Shown here: positions 9,565 to 19,446 of the stretch, piece by piece
Position numbering within the stretch: the first letter of the stretch is position 1
How the letters are laid out: the number at the start of each line of letters is the position of its first letter
Notes under the pieces: model-generated
The model's input: only the letters and a program-made list of their open reading frames with translations
The model's database searches: none
Told to the model about the DNA's origin: nothing
Program-made: the position numbers and the translations under genes
DNA from: Eubacteriales bacterium
GTDB taxonomy: Bacteria > Bacillota > Clostridia > Oscillospirales > CAG-272
Direction of reading: 5' to 3'
Assembly: GCA_045632205.1 (NCBI GenBank)
Contig: JAZQWH010000002.1
Location: 1-42,682 of the forward strand
Length of the DNA stretch: 42,682 nt

Positions 9565-10415
9565 GATGTTTCGTTCTCCGTTTCAGATATAATTTTTTGA
9601 ATTTCCGAATTTGTGGGGATGGAGGATACGGCATATTTTCTCGTGACGCCGACCGATGCGACGCGGTTTGCCACCGCCGCCGCGCGTGAAGGCTCGGAGC
9701 CGTTTGCCAGCATTGCCGCGAGTGTGCCGTTAAAGGTGTCGCCCGCCCCCGTGGTGTCGATCGCGCGTCCGCTGTTGCAGGCGGGGATGATCTCGCCCGT
9801 CTCCTTGAGGAGGCAGCCGCGCGAGCCGAGCGTGACCAGCACGTTCCGCTTTTCCTCAATGCCGAGCGTTTCGTGCTCGTTGGGGGTGAAGAGATCGATG
9901 CTCTCAAGAATATAGGGATCGCTCTCTCTTGCGGGTGCGGGATTGAGGATGCATTTCACGCCGTGTGCCTTTGCGTATTCGACGGCGCGGAGATTGACCT
10001 CCTCCGAGACCTCGTTGTTGAGCAGGAGGATGTCTGCCGTGCGGATCTCCTCCTCAAATGCCGCAACGTCCTCCGCCGCGAGCTGAACGCCCTGGTAGAC
10101 CGTGACGTGATTGCTGCCGCCCTGGTCGGTGACGATCGCGGCAAAGGCGGTGGAGCCCTCCTTTTTGACGAGCGTGTGCGAAATGCCCTCGCTCGCGATG
10201 AAGGCGGCAACCTCGCTTTGGTATTCGTTTCCGATCGCCGCGAGGAAGGAGACCTCGGCACCGCAGCGCCTTGCCGCCACGGCTTGGTTAAAGCCCTTGC
10301 CGCCGAATTCGAAGTGGATCGACGATGCCTCTACCGTCTCGCCGCCGACGTGGAATTTCTCCACGGGGAGGAATACCGAGTTTCCGACGATCCCGATGAC
10401 TGCGATCCTACTCAT
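9549..10415 (-). CDS. PfkB family carbohydrate kinase (ribokinase-like)
   Basis: GGKGFNQAVAA, LNPAP, TPNEHE, DTTGAGDTF motifs. Confidence 0.9.
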   Translation of the reverse strand: MSRIAVIGIVGNSVFLPVEKFHVGGETVEASSIHFEFGGKGFNQAVAARRCGAEVSFLAAIGNEYQSEVAAFIASEGISHTLVKKEGSTAFAAIVTDQGGSNHVTVYQGVQLAAEDVAAFEEEIRTADILLLNNEVSEEVNLRAVEYAKAHGVKCILNPAPARESDPYILESIDLFTPNEHETLGIEEKRNVLVTLGSRGCLLKETGEIIPACNSGRAIDTTGAGDTFNGTLAAMLANGSEPSRAAAVANRVASVGVTRKYAVSSIPTNSEIQKIISETENETSCKRV

Positions 10416-11113
10416 AGATGCTTCACCCTTCCGAGATAGAGATTTTCCAATTCGATATTGTGCGCGCGTCCGCCGTCCACGTTTCCGCTGAGGTAGATGG
10501 GAGGAACGGTGCCGCGCTCAAGCGCGAGTCTTGCGCCGTTGATGAGGCAGGAATTGAGGATGAAGCAGGCAGCCGCGGTGGAAAGTCCGCCCATCTTTGC
10601 CTCTCCCACCTCGATGCAGGCGTCGCCGTAGGGAACCTTGCAATCGATGGCAATATCGACGTGCTCGTGCAGTCTGCCGCCGCGACCGAAGTACGCGGAG
10701 GAGGAAACGCCAACCGAGGGGATGCCCGCCTCGCGCGCCGCGTCGCCCATCTCCACGGGAACCTGATTCTTTCCCGATGCCGAGAAGATGAAGATCATAT
10801 CGCGGTCGGTGGGGGTGTATCTGCGGAAGACCTCGTAGGCAATGCCGCTCATTTTTTCCATACGGCTGGATTTTGCCGCGCCGTTGTGGAGCATCAGATC
10901 GGTATCGAGCATCGCGGAGACGTTTGCGAGTCCGCCCGCGCGGTAGAAGGTGTCAAGACCGGGCAGGTGCGAGTGTCCGCAGCCGAAGACGAAGATGAGT
11001 CCGTCCCGCGCGATGGTGTTTGCCACCATTTCCGCCACGCGTGCGATCTTCTCGCCCTCCTCTTCCTCGATCGTCTTGAGATTTTCGATGATTTTTTCTA
11101 AGTATTCGGACAT
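10412..11113 (-). CDS. SIS domain sugar isomerase
   Basis: FVFGCGHS, FYRAGGL, IFSASGKN.VPVEM, PYGDA, SGNVDGG motifs. Confidence 0.85.
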   Translation of the reverse strand: MSEYLEKIIENLKTIEEEEGEKIARVAEMVANTIARDGLIFVFGCGHSHLPGLDTFYRAGGLANVSAMLDTDLMLHNGAAKSSRMEKMSGIAYEVFRRYTPTDRDMIFIFSASGKNQVPVEMGDAAREAGIPSVGVSSSAYFGRGGRLHEHVDIAIDCKVPYGDACIEVGEAKMGGLSTAAACFILNSCLINGARLALERGTVPPIYLSGNVDGGRAHNIELENLYLGRVKHL

Positions 11114-11136
11114 ATTGCCTCCTTTTGAGAACGCAA

Positions 11137-12168
11137 TTATTTCTTCAGAACTCTCTTGTAGTTCTCACCGATGCGATCCCAGAGCTTGATGGGGTCGGGA
11201 GCCGCAACGCTCGTGCCGAGACCGCCGCGGTAGGTCCAGGTTGCGAGACGGTCAACGCCCATACTCTCGTAAAGATCGACGACGTGATCGATCTGATCGA
11301 AGTTTTCGGGCTGTGCGTTGTAGCCCATCAGCCAACGCTCGGACTGCTTGCCGTATTTCTTTGCGATGCGGACGGTGCGCTCGGTGATCTCCTTGAAGAA
11401 GCTTTCGGGGAGCGCCCAGTTAATGATGGTGGTGGAGAAAACGTCAAAGTAGGGGCAAGCGGCAACCATTTCCCAGTTGTCGTAGCCGCGCAGCTCGGTG
11501 ACGTAGTAGGTGTTCTTGGTTGCGTGGACACAGCAGGTGATCTCAAGGTTGGGGTTGACCTCCTTGAGTGCCTTGGAGCAATCCGCCAGCGTCTTGAGCG
11601 CCTCTCTCCAACGGAACTGCTTGACGTCGTCGTTCATGAACTTGGGCATCTCGTAGCCGTAGTAGTCCTCGAACTTCTTCATACACTCGGGGCATCTGCA
11701 AGCCCAATCGTCGCCCGCGCCGCCCGTGATGGATGCGTAGGACTTGGGGTATGCGTAGTGCGGCTCATCCCAGAAGAAGCCGTCCACCTCGGTCTCTCTT
11801 GCGAGCTTGAGGCAGATGTTTGTAAAGTAATCGCGGAAGGAATTGGTGTTAAAGCAAGCGGCGTTGAGCACCTCACCCGTGTATGCCGAGACCTGACGGT
11901 GGTGGATGTTGTTCTGGAGGAAGAGGGAAACCTGCTCGCCGCCGAAGTACTTACCGATGCCCCAGGTATCCGCAATGCAGCGCAGACCGACCTTGTGCGC
12001 GGTCTTGACGATGTTGTTGATGTTGGGGAACCAGAAGTCCATATCGAACTCGGTGATGGCGAGGATGACGGTATCGCAGCCGTGCTCCTTCATTTCCAAA
12101 AAGTCCTTCTCTGCGTGCTCGACGTAGTTGAGGCCGTAATAGCTGACGGCAGTGTGCTTGATAGACAT
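11137..12168 (-). CDS. Putative TIM-barrel glycoside hydrolase, family unclear
   Basis: 343 aa; strong coding bias; DFLEMKEHGCDTV, DGFFWDEPH and a C-x-C-x2-C (CRCPEC) motif as seen in GH42-like enzymes. Confidence 0.55.
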   Translation of the reverse strand: MSIKHTAVSYYGLNYVEHAEKDFLEMKEHGCDTVILAITEFDMDFWFPNINNIVKTAHKVGLRCIADTWGIGKYFGGEQVSLFLQNNIHHRQVSAYTGEVLNAACFNTNSFRDYFTNICLKLARETEVDGFFWDEPHYAYPKSYASITGGAGDDWACRCPECMKKFEDYYGYEMPKFMNDDVKQFRWREALKTLADCSKALKEVNPNLEITCCVHATKNTYYVTELRGYDNWEMVAACPYFDVFSTTIINWALPESFFKEITERTVRIAKKYGKQSERWLMGYNAQPENFDQIDHVVDLYESMGVDRLATWTYRGGLGTSVAAPDPIKLWDRIGENYKRVLKK

Positions 12169-12226
12169 AGTTTTTTCTCCTTTTTTATATGGAATTTTAA
12201 TTTTTTTATTTTACGGGATGAGGAGA

Positions 12227-13636
12227 TCAGCAGATGACCTCGATCTCCTTCTTTGCCCAGCCCGCCTTTTCGTAGTCGCCCTCGACAAAATAGACCTTGC
12301 GAAGGAGCGCTGCGCCCCTGGAGGCGATGCGGGAGGTACGGACGTTGTCAGTGCTCTCAAACGCGCCGAGCGCGGCGAGCATCACGTAGGGCATTCCCTT
12401 GGAGAGGGTGTGCCAGGTGGTGTGGAGCAGACCGAAGAGCCTTGCGTTCCTTACGGTGGTGATGCAGGAATTGAGCTTTGGAACCGAGCAATCCCACGGG
12501 CAGAGCAGGGTGTCAAAGCCCGCGCCTTGGAAGACGAGCGCGGTCTCTACGGGTGCCTCGACGGCATCGTATTGCCAATCGGCAATCAGGATGCGGCGGT
12601 CGAGCTGCTCGAGCATCGCCTCCTCGGCATCGGGGGTGGGTGCGTTGCAGTGGTATACGCTCTTGGGGTTGTAGTGCGGATATTTATAAAGGAACATATC
12701 TCCCCACGCGATCGCGCGACGTCCCATCGATTCCAGCTCCTCACAAAGACCGTTGATGTAGCTGCAGAGGGTGTCGCGGTCGTCCTTTTTGGTCAGGTCA
12801 AAGCCGTACGCCTCGTCACAGCCGATGTGGAAGTAAGCGCCCTCTCCGCAAAGCTCGATCAGCTCCTCGCGAATGGAGCGGAGCAGCTTTTTGACGCGCG
12901 GCGAGCGGATGTTCCAGCACCAGCCGTTGTCGCTGAAGAGCGATTGGAGCGCGGGGTTCTGATCCAGCACGACGTGCTTTCCGTGCATCACGCGGCAGGC
13001 GGAGGCGTGTCCCCAATGGTTGAACATCGGGATGATCTCAAGCCCCAGGGCGCGCGCCTCGTCGAGCAGGGGGCGGATCTCTTCTTTTTTATAGGCGTGT
13101 GACCAGGCAAGCTCCTTCATACAGTCGTAGCGGAGCATTCCCCAGAATTCGATGACAAGATGCGAATATTTGAGCGCGGCGGCAAAGCGGATGAATCTGT
13201 GCAGCTCCCAAAGCTCGGTTTCGGGGAAGACGCAGAAATGCACCATCCGATTTTGGATCCTCGGGGATTCGCGCAATTCAAAGCAATCGACGTAGAGCGC
13301 CTCGCCCTCCTCGGTTTCGGTAAAGAGGATGCGGTCAAGGAGCGTGAGAACGCCAAGACGAAGCCCGTCCGCACTGTCGGCGGAAACGCAGATGCCCGTT
13401 TCGGTCACGCGGATCGCGTAGGCGTGCCCCTCGGTCGGGAGCGGCTCGGCGGAGCCGATCGAAAAAAGGAGTGCGTCGCTCTCGCTCAGCGTCAATTCGG
13501 ATTGACGGAAGGTGTAGCCGTGCCAGAATTCTGCCCAGATCCGATCGCACAGGGATGTGTGCGCCCTGGCTGTCAGACGGCGGGGAATTGAGAAGCGCCC
13601 ACCCGTCAGAATCAGATTTTCGGGTGTAAATACCAT
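12227..13636 (-). CDS. GH20 family beta-N-acetylhexosaminidase-like
   Basis: N-terminal GH20b domain; IIPMFNHWGH; catalytic HIGCDE motif; WGDM. Confidence 0.85.
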   Translation of the reverse strand: MVFTPENLILTGGRFSIPRRLTARAHTSLCDRIWAEFWHGYTFRQSELTLSESDALLFSIGSAEPLPTEGHAYAIRVTETGICVSADSADGLRLGVLTLLDRILFTETEEGEALYVDCFELRESPRIQNRMVHFCVFPETELWELHRFIRFAAALKYSHLVIEFWGMLRYDCMKELAWSHAYKKEEIRPLLDEARALGLEIIPMFNHWGHASACRVMHGKHVVLDQNPALQSLFSDNGWCWNIRSPRVKKLLRSIREELIELCGEGAYFHIGCDEAYGFDLTKKDDRDTLCSYINGLCEELESMGRRAIAWGDMFLYKYPHYNPKSVYHCNAPTPDAEEAMLEQLDRRILIADWQYDAVEAPVETALVFQGAGFDTLLCPWDCSVPKLNSCITTVRNARLFGLLHTTWHTLSKGMPYVMLAALGAFESTDNVRTSRIASRGAALLRKVYFVEGDYEKAGWAKKEIEVIC

Positions 13637-13777
13637 AGGATTGTCCTCCTGATCGTTTCAGTTTAATTATAGTATACTCCCCGAAAAACAAAAAGACAAC
13701 GGATTTTTTGTTCATAAAGGTGGACTTTTTGGTCAACTTATGTTATAATAAGTGCAAAGAGGGGAGGCGGGACTCAA

Positions 13778-14524
13778 ATGATCTATAATTCCGATACACT
13801 GTCGTTCCGAATTCTGAGCGTGGGCTTGGTCACGCACGAGGACGGCTCGTTTCGCGTGGCGGGGCGACCGCACGCGGCGTTTTCCTACCGATTGAAGGGA
13901 ACGGGCACCTTCCGCATCGACGGAAAAACGCTCGACGTCAAGCCGGGGGATATTATTTTCGTCCCCGCGGGAATGTCCTATCAGGTGGATTATCGCGCGA
14001 GCGAGAGCATTGTGGTGCATTTTTTGGATTGCAATTACACAACGGCGGAGAAGATCAGCGTCGGCGATCGCGAGCAGCTTGAAAAGCGCTTTTTGCGGAT
14101 GCTCGGCGCGTGGCAAACGCACCATTCCTTCAACCGCACCAAGGGGCACGTCTACGACATCCTCTCCTTCCTCGAATCGGCAACGGTCACGCTTCCGCCC
14201 GATAGTGATATTCTTGCGTGTGTGCAGTATATGGAGGAAAATTATACCGATCCGAAGGTGTCGGTGGAGACGATCTGTCGCCTGCATCACATCAGCCATT
14301 CGAGCATTCAGCGACGCTTCAAGCAGTATTTCGGCATCAATCCCAAGCAGTATCTCACCAAGCTGCGGATGAATCGCGCGCTGGATATGCTTACGGCGGG
14401 AGGCGAGACCATCAAGAACGTCGCCTACGCCTGCGGCTTTGAGGACGAAAAATATTTTTCACGCGTGTTTCGCAAGGCGTACGGGCATTCCCCCCAAAGC
14501 CTGCGCAACCGACTGTGGATCTGA
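13778..14524 (+). CDS. AraC family transcriptional regulator
   Basis: C-terminal HTH (VAYACGFEDEKYFSRVFRKAYG.SP); divergent from the GH20 operon. Confidence 0.9.
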   Translation: MIYNSDTLSFRILSVGLVTHEDGSFRVAGRPHAAFSYRLKGTGTFRIDGKTLDVKPGDIIFVPAGMSYQVDYRASESIVVHFLDCNYTTAEKISVGDREQLEKRFLRMLGAWQTHHSFNRTKGHVYDILSFLESATVTLPPDSDILACVQYMEENYTDPKVSVETICRLHHISHSSIQRRFKQYFGINPKQYLTKLRMNRALDMLTAGGETIKNVAYACGFEDEKYFSRVFRKAYGHSPQSLRNRLWI

Positions 14525-14568
14525 AAAAAAGCACGGCAGCCTCTAGGAGAGACTGCCGTGTTCCTTTT
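14525..14568. terminator. Bidirectional intrinsic terminator
   Basis: A-run, GCACGGCAG...CTGCCGTGT stem, T-run, between convergent genes. Confidence 0.7.
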
Positions 14569-14594
14569 TGTATTCGGTTGACCGCGATCGGCTT

Positions 14595-15422
14595 TCATTC
14601 GCCGCCCCCTTGGCGGATCTCCTTTGCCGTTTTGCCCGTATGAGATTTGAGCAGACGCGTGAGCTGTGCCGCGGAGGGAAGTCCGACGCGCTCCGCAACG
14701 AGGGGGAGGGGGAGCGCGGTCGTGCGCAGGAGGCGGATGGCGGCAGAGGCGCGCATCTGACGGAGGTATTCCCCAACGCCCATTCCAAAGCGCTCCTTGC
14801 AGACCTTGTAGAGCGCTGTGCGCGAAAGCCCAATGGCACTGCTGACCGATTGTGCCGAGAGCGATTCCTCGCCGAGATGCTCGTAGACGTATCGCTCCAG
14901 CTCGTAGGCAACCGTCCGTCTCCGCTCCTTTAACCATTCGTGCAGGCGCACGTAGGCGGCGGACATCGAAAGGATGCGTGCGGTGGCGCGCAGATGCTGC
15001 TCGTCCGTCTCGGTCATCGCGTCGAGATGGCGATGGAGAGCCTCCGTGTCAACCTCGCCGTGCAGGGCGTCGATCCGCTCGCAGACCCTCTGCCGTCCGC
15101 CCGCAGGCAGGAGCTGACCGAGCATCAGGTATCCGATGGGACGTCCGTTCTCGGTTACGGGAGTGACCGCCTCGATCAGCCCCATATGACAGGGATAGAT
15201 ATGAATATCCTGCTTTTGCGTGCTTTGCAAAAAGCCGTATTCGTCACAGCGGCGGCATTCCGCCAAAAGCCTTGCCGAGCGGCGGATCTCGCGGCAGAAG
15301 TCGCACATTCCGTTGGGGCTGGCGTAGATCTTTTTGCGATTCTCGTCGTAGATCACGGTCTTGATCCCCGTGATCAGCTCCACGTCCTCACACGTGAGTC
15401 GGAGCGTTTCGTTTGCATCCAT
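14595..15422 (-). CDS. PocR-sensor AraC family regulator
   Basis: PocR Cys pattern (CDFC...C..CD...YPCHMGL.EAV.PV...GYLMLGQ) plus C-terminal AraC HTH; start re-assigned to ATG 15422 after GAGGTG. Confidence 0.85.
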   Translation of the reverse strand: MDANETLRLTCEDVELITGIKTVIYDENRKKIYASPNGMCDFCREIRRSARLLAECRRCDEYGFLQSTQKQDIHIYPCHMGLIEAVTPVTENGRPIGYLMLGQLLPAGGRQRVCERIDALHGEVDTEALHRHLDAMTETDEQHLRATARILSMSAAYVRLHEWLKERRRTVAYELERYVYEHLGEESLSAQSVSSAIGLSRTALYKVCKERFGMGVGEYLRQMRASAAIRLLRTTALPLPLVAERVGLPSAAQLTRLLKSHTGKTAKEIRQGGGE

Positions 15423-15641
15423 TTTCATCACCTCAACAAAAGTATAGCACATCTCTCCGCCTCTTGCAAGCGAAAAAGAACAAATTGTCCTCTTTTGTGA
15501 ACAAAACGGTCTTTTTTGCTCTGCGTTTCGTGATAGAATAAAGAAAAAAGAAAAGGAGAACGGTACAATGATTCGTGATTTTTTTATAGAGGGCAAGGGA
15601 ATTTTGCGCCGCGTGACCGAGAAAGGAGGGATCGAGGGAAA

Positions 15642-17684
15642 ATGAGCTGGTATCGATCTGCCTACCGCCGTCATCTGTGCGATATGCACGTCGACGATTG
15701 GGACGAATCCTTCCTCAGTCGCTTCTCCCCCGAGGAATACGTCGAAAACCTCAAAATTGCCCGCATTCAGAACGCGATGCTTTATTTTCAGTCGCACGTC
15801 GGGCTGTGCTATTATCCCACCGAGAGCGGCGTGATGCACCGCGCGCTGAAGGGACGGGAGTCGATGATGAAGCGCACCGAGATGCTCTGCCACGAGAGCG
15901 GAATTGCCGTTACGGGCTATTACAGCCTCAATTATAACACCGTTGAGCACGACCGTCATCCCGAATGGCGGATGCTGGAGGAGAACGGACGCTCACGGCG
16001 CGAGAACGAGGAGGGGCGAGAGGCCGCGGAGGAATTTGCCTTCGCCTCCAAGTCGCCGGTGCGCTACGGCTTTTGCTGTCCCAACAATCCGTCCTACCGT
16101 GCCTTCGTTTACCGCCAGATCGACGAGATGCTTGATTACTTTGACGTCGAGGGGATGTTCTTTGATATGCCCTTCTGGCCGCACACCTGCCATTGCTCGC
16201 ATTGCCGCGCACGCTGGGCGAGCGAGGTGGGAGGGGAGCTTCCCACGGGGGAAATGCAGGAGGGGAGCGCGCTTCACCGCACCCTGATGCGCAAAAAATA
16301 CGAGTGGATGGGCGAATGGATCGGATCGGTGACGGCGCGTGTCAAGGCGCACGGAGAGCAGATCTCGGTGGAGCATAATTTTGCCAATGCCATCGCAGGG
16401 GACTCCAACCGCGGCTGCGGCGAGGAGGTCAACGAGGCGTGCGATTTTGTGGGAGGAGACCTCTACGGCGGGATCCTCAATCACTCGCTCGCCTGCAAAT
16501 TCTATAAAAATATCACCAAGAACGCGCCCTTTGATTATATGTTCTCGCGCTGTAAGCCCGCGCTTCGCTCGCACACGCTCACTAAGAGCGAGGACGAGAT
16601 GCTCACAGAGATCCTGCTTACCACCGCGCATCACGGCGCCACGATGGTCATTGACGCCATCGATCCCGTCGGCACGCTCGACCGCCGTGTGTATGAGCGG
16701 ATCGGCCGCGTATTTGAAAGAGAGGCGGCGTATGAGCCCTATCTTCACGGCAAAATGGTGGAGGACGTGGGGCTGTATTACGGCATTCGCAGTCGCTTCG
16801 GTTCGTCGTATTGCGGCTTTGACAGTAAGGACGGATGCATCGGTGCCTCGCGCGCATTGATCGCGTCGCACGTCCCGTTCGGCGTCACGGGCGGCTTTTA
16901 CACGCTTTCCGACTATTCTGTCATCGCAGCTCCGATGCTCAGTGAGCAGGAGCGGCTCGGAGAGCTTCTCCGTTACGTTGCGGAGGGCGGAAAGCTGTAT
17001 TTCAGCGGCGCGGGGTGTCAAAGCCTGCTCGCGGCACTGACGGGCGGAAGACTTGCGGGCTACACCGAGCATAAGCAGGTCTATCTTGCCCCCACAAGCG
17101 AAAACGAAGCACTCTTCGGGGGCTTCAACGCGGCATACCCCTTGCCCTTTGACACACGCGCGCCTCTTTTGGAGAACGTGAAAAACGGAGAGACGGTCGC
17201 ATATCTGACGCTCCCCTATACCAAGCCGGGGGAACGCCGCTTTGCATCTATCCATTCCGATCCGCCGGGGATCGCCACCGCCTATCCCGCCGTGCTGGAG
17301 GGGCGCTATGGGAAGGGGAGCTTTATCTGGTCGGCACTGCCCGTCGAGGCGATCGGGATAGAGGAGTATCAGAATATTCTGATCGGCTTTCTCAAGCGTC
17401 TGCGCGGAGAGGCACCCTTCTCCTTTGTCAGCAATGCACCCGCAGAGGTCGAGATCACGCTCTTTGAGGATGCGGATTGCTACTACGTCAACGTCGTCCA
17501 CCTTGCCGAGCGCACCACAATGCCAACGCTGCCCCCCTTTGAGATCGGCATCCGCACCGATGCGGCAAGCGACGCAGAGCTTTTGCCGAACGGGGCTTCG
17601 ATCGAGCTTTCGCGGCGCGACGGATACGTCTATTTGCGGACACGCCCGCTCCACGTGTTCGATCTCTACCGCATCCGAAAATAG
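15642..17684 (+). CDS. Putative glycoside hydrolase (GHL6/GH29-like barrel + beta-galactosidase trimerisation-like domain)
   Basis: 680 aa; RRHLCDMH, QSHVGLCYYPT, HPEW, C.NNP.Y, GMFFDM, CHCSHC; C-terminal GATase-like domain. Confidence 0.65.
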   Translation: MSWYRSAYRRHLCDMHVDDWDESFLSRFSPEEYVENLKIARIQNAMLYFQSHVGLCYYPTESGVMHRALKGRESMMKRTEMLCHESGIAVTGYYSLNYNTVEHDRHPEWRMLEENGRSRRENEEGREAAEEFAFASKSPVRYGFCCPNNPSYRAFVYRQIDEMLDYFDVEGMFFDMPFWPHTCHCSHCRARWASEVGGELPTGEMQEGSALHRTLMRKKYEWMGEWIGSVTARVKAHGEQISVEHNFANAIAGDSNRGCGEEVNEACDFVGGDLYGGILNHSLACKFYKNITKNAPFDYMFSRCKPALRSHTLTKSEDEMLTEILLTTAHHGATMVIDAIDPVGTLDRRVYERIGRVFEREAAYEPYLHGKMVEDVGLYYGIRSRFGSSYCGFDSKDGCIGASRALIASHVPFGVTGGFYTLSDYSVIAAPMLSEQERLGELLRYVAEGGKLYFSGAGCQSLLAALTGGRLAGYTEHKQVYLAPTSENEALFGGFNAAYPLPFDTRAPLLENVKNGETVAYLTLPYTKPGERRFASIHSDPPGIATAYPAVLEGRYGKGSFIWSALPVEAIGIEEYQNILIGFLKRLRGEAPFSFVSNAPAEVEITLFEDADCYYVNVVHLAERTTMPTLPPFEIGIRTDAASDAELLPNGASIELSRRDGYVYLRTRPLHVFDLYRIRK

Positions 17685-17742
17685 CCAACGGCGCTATTTA
17701 TGAAAAAAATTGGAATAATTTTCGTCAATTTGCAAAAAAGCC

Positions 17743-17771
17743 TTGCTTATTTGCATTTTTTGTGATAAAAT
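17743..17771 (+). promoter_or_regulatory. Sigma-A-type promoter of putP
   Basis: TTGCTT-17-TAAAAT with TG extension. Confidence 0.55.
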
Positions 17772-17803
17772 ATAAGAAATGTTTTTGAAAGCGAGGCTTT
17801 TTT

Positions 17804-19348
17804 ATGAATTGGGAATTATTTGTGCTGGTGATCTATTTCGCCGCAATGCTTGGAATTGGAGTTTTTCTCTTCTTCAAATCCAAGGATAACTCCGAGAAGG
17901 CATACTTCCTCGGAGGCAAATCGATGGGTCCCTGGGTAACGGCGATGAGCGCCCAGGCGTCGGATATGAGCGCGTGGCTCTTGATGGGTCTGCCCGGAAG
18001 CATTCTTGCGTTCGGTCTCGGTCAGGTCTGGATCGGAATCGGTCTTGCGCTGGGTACCGCCCTCAACTGGATCCTGGTGGCGCGCCGTCTCCGTCGCTTC
18101 TCTCAGGCGGCAAGCGATTCGCTCACCCTTCCGCAGTATCTCTCCAACCGCTTTGCAACCAAGAGCCGCGTGCTGCAGGTGACCTGCGCGATCGTGTTCC
18201 TCGTTTGCTTCACGGTTTACGTCGCATCCGCCTTCGTTGCGGGCACCGACGTGTTCGTAACGCTCTTCCCCGAGATCAAGGAATGGCTTGCAATGCTCAT
18301 CTTTGCACTCATCCTGATCATCTACACCTTCCTCGGCGGCTATAAGGCAGTTTGCTGGACCGACTTTTTCCAGGGACTTCTGATGCTGGCGGCAGTTCTG
18401 CTCGTTCCGATCATTCTCGTATTCACGAAGGATCTCAATTCCGCTCTGCTGGCAAATACAGTCACCTCGGTATCCGGCGCGGACTATTCCTTTGTCAACA
18501 GCGTATTCGGCGCACCCGCAAAGGAGATCGCAAACGGACTCGCGTGGGGTCTCGGCTACTTCGGTATGCCTCATATTCTGGTTCGCTTTATGGCGATCAA
18601 GAAGCCCTCGATGGTAAAGAAATCCGCAACGGTTGCAATTGCTTGGGTGTTCCTGGCTCTCGGTGCAGTCGTTTGTATGGCGATCTTCGGAAGAATGCTG
18701 CCCACGGGAGAGGCACTTCTTGTAAGCGACAATCAGAGTCTGATCTTCGTTCAGTTCGCGCGCGATCTGTTCCCCGCGGCGATCACGGGCTTCCTGCTCG
18801 CGGCAATTATTGCGGCATCGATGTCCACGGCAGACAGCCAGCTCCTCGTTGCCTCCTCCTCCTTCACCTCCGATATTTATAAGCCTCTGATCCGCAAGAA
18901 GGCATCCGACAAGGAGTCTCTTTGGGTTGGACGAATCGTTGTTCTGATCATTGCTGCGGTTGCGTTTATGATCGCAAGCAGCGAGGGCAACGGTGCGCAG
19001 GCGATCATGAATCTGGTTTCCAACGCGTGGGCAGGCTTTGGCTCCGCGTTCGGTGCAGTGGTTCTGCTTTCCGTGTTCTGGCGCCGCTTCACCTACAAGG
19101 GTGCGCTTGCGGGCGTCATTGCGGGTGCGCTGACCGACGTGCTTTGGCTCGTTCTCTTCACCACAACGCTCGACGGTATGTTCGGCGAGGGTGTTTCCAC
19201 CTGCCTCTACAATACGGGCATCTACGAGCTGATTCCCGGCTTTGCAGTGAGCATGCTGGTAGCAGTTGCCGTAACGCTGCTCGATAAGGCTCCCGCAAAG
19301 GAGATCACCGACATCTACGACGCGGCAACCGCGTCCGACGAGGATTGA
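17804..19348 (+). CDS. putP: Sodium/proline symporter (SSS family)
   Basis: YFLGG, AMSAQASDMSAWLLMGLPG, WGLGYFGMPHILVRFMA, AASMSTADSQLL; many TM segments. Confidence 0.9.
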   Translation: MNWELFVLVIYFAAMLGIGVFLFFKSKDNSEKAYFLGGKSMGPWVTAMSAQASDMSAWLLMGLPGSILAFGLGQVWIGIGLALGTALNWILVARRLRRFSQAASDSLTLPQYLSNRFATKSRVLQVTCAIVFLVCFTVYVASAFVAGTDVFVTLFPEIKEWLAMLIFALILIIYTFLGGYKAVCWTDFFQGLLMLAAVLLVPIILVFTKDLNSALLANTVTSVSGADYSFVNSVFGAPAKEIANGLAWGLGYFGMPHILVRFMAIKKPSMVKKSATVAIAWVFLALGAVVCMAIFGRMLPTGEALLVSDNQSLIFVQFARDLFPAAITGFLLAAIIAASMSTADSQLLVASSSFTSDIYKPLIRKKASDKESLWVGRIVVLIIAAVAFMIASSEGNGAQAIMNLVSNAWAGFGSAFGAVVLLSVFWRRFTYKGALAGVIAGALTDVLWLVLFTTTLDGMFGEGVSTCLYNTGIYELIPGFAVSMLVAVAVTLLDKAPAKEITDIYDAATASDED

Positions 19349-19359
19349 TCCTACGATAT

Positions 19360-19401
19360 AAAAAACCGCATCCCCGAACCGTTCGGGGATGCGGTTTTTT
19401 T
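19360..19401. terminator. Bidirectional intrinsic terminator
   Basis: AAAAAACCGCATCCCCGAAC-C-GTTCGGGGATGCGGTTTTTT perfect stem between convergent genes. Confidence 0.9.
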
Positions 19402-19446
19402 CTGCGGATAACGGCTGCCGTGGGGCAGAAGCACGATCTGCTCTCT

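Noticed and set aside
15423-15959. N-terminal extension of the 454-aa AraC ORF
   Set aside because: Overlaps the divergent promoter region and the GH gene; a better start with RBS exists at 15422.
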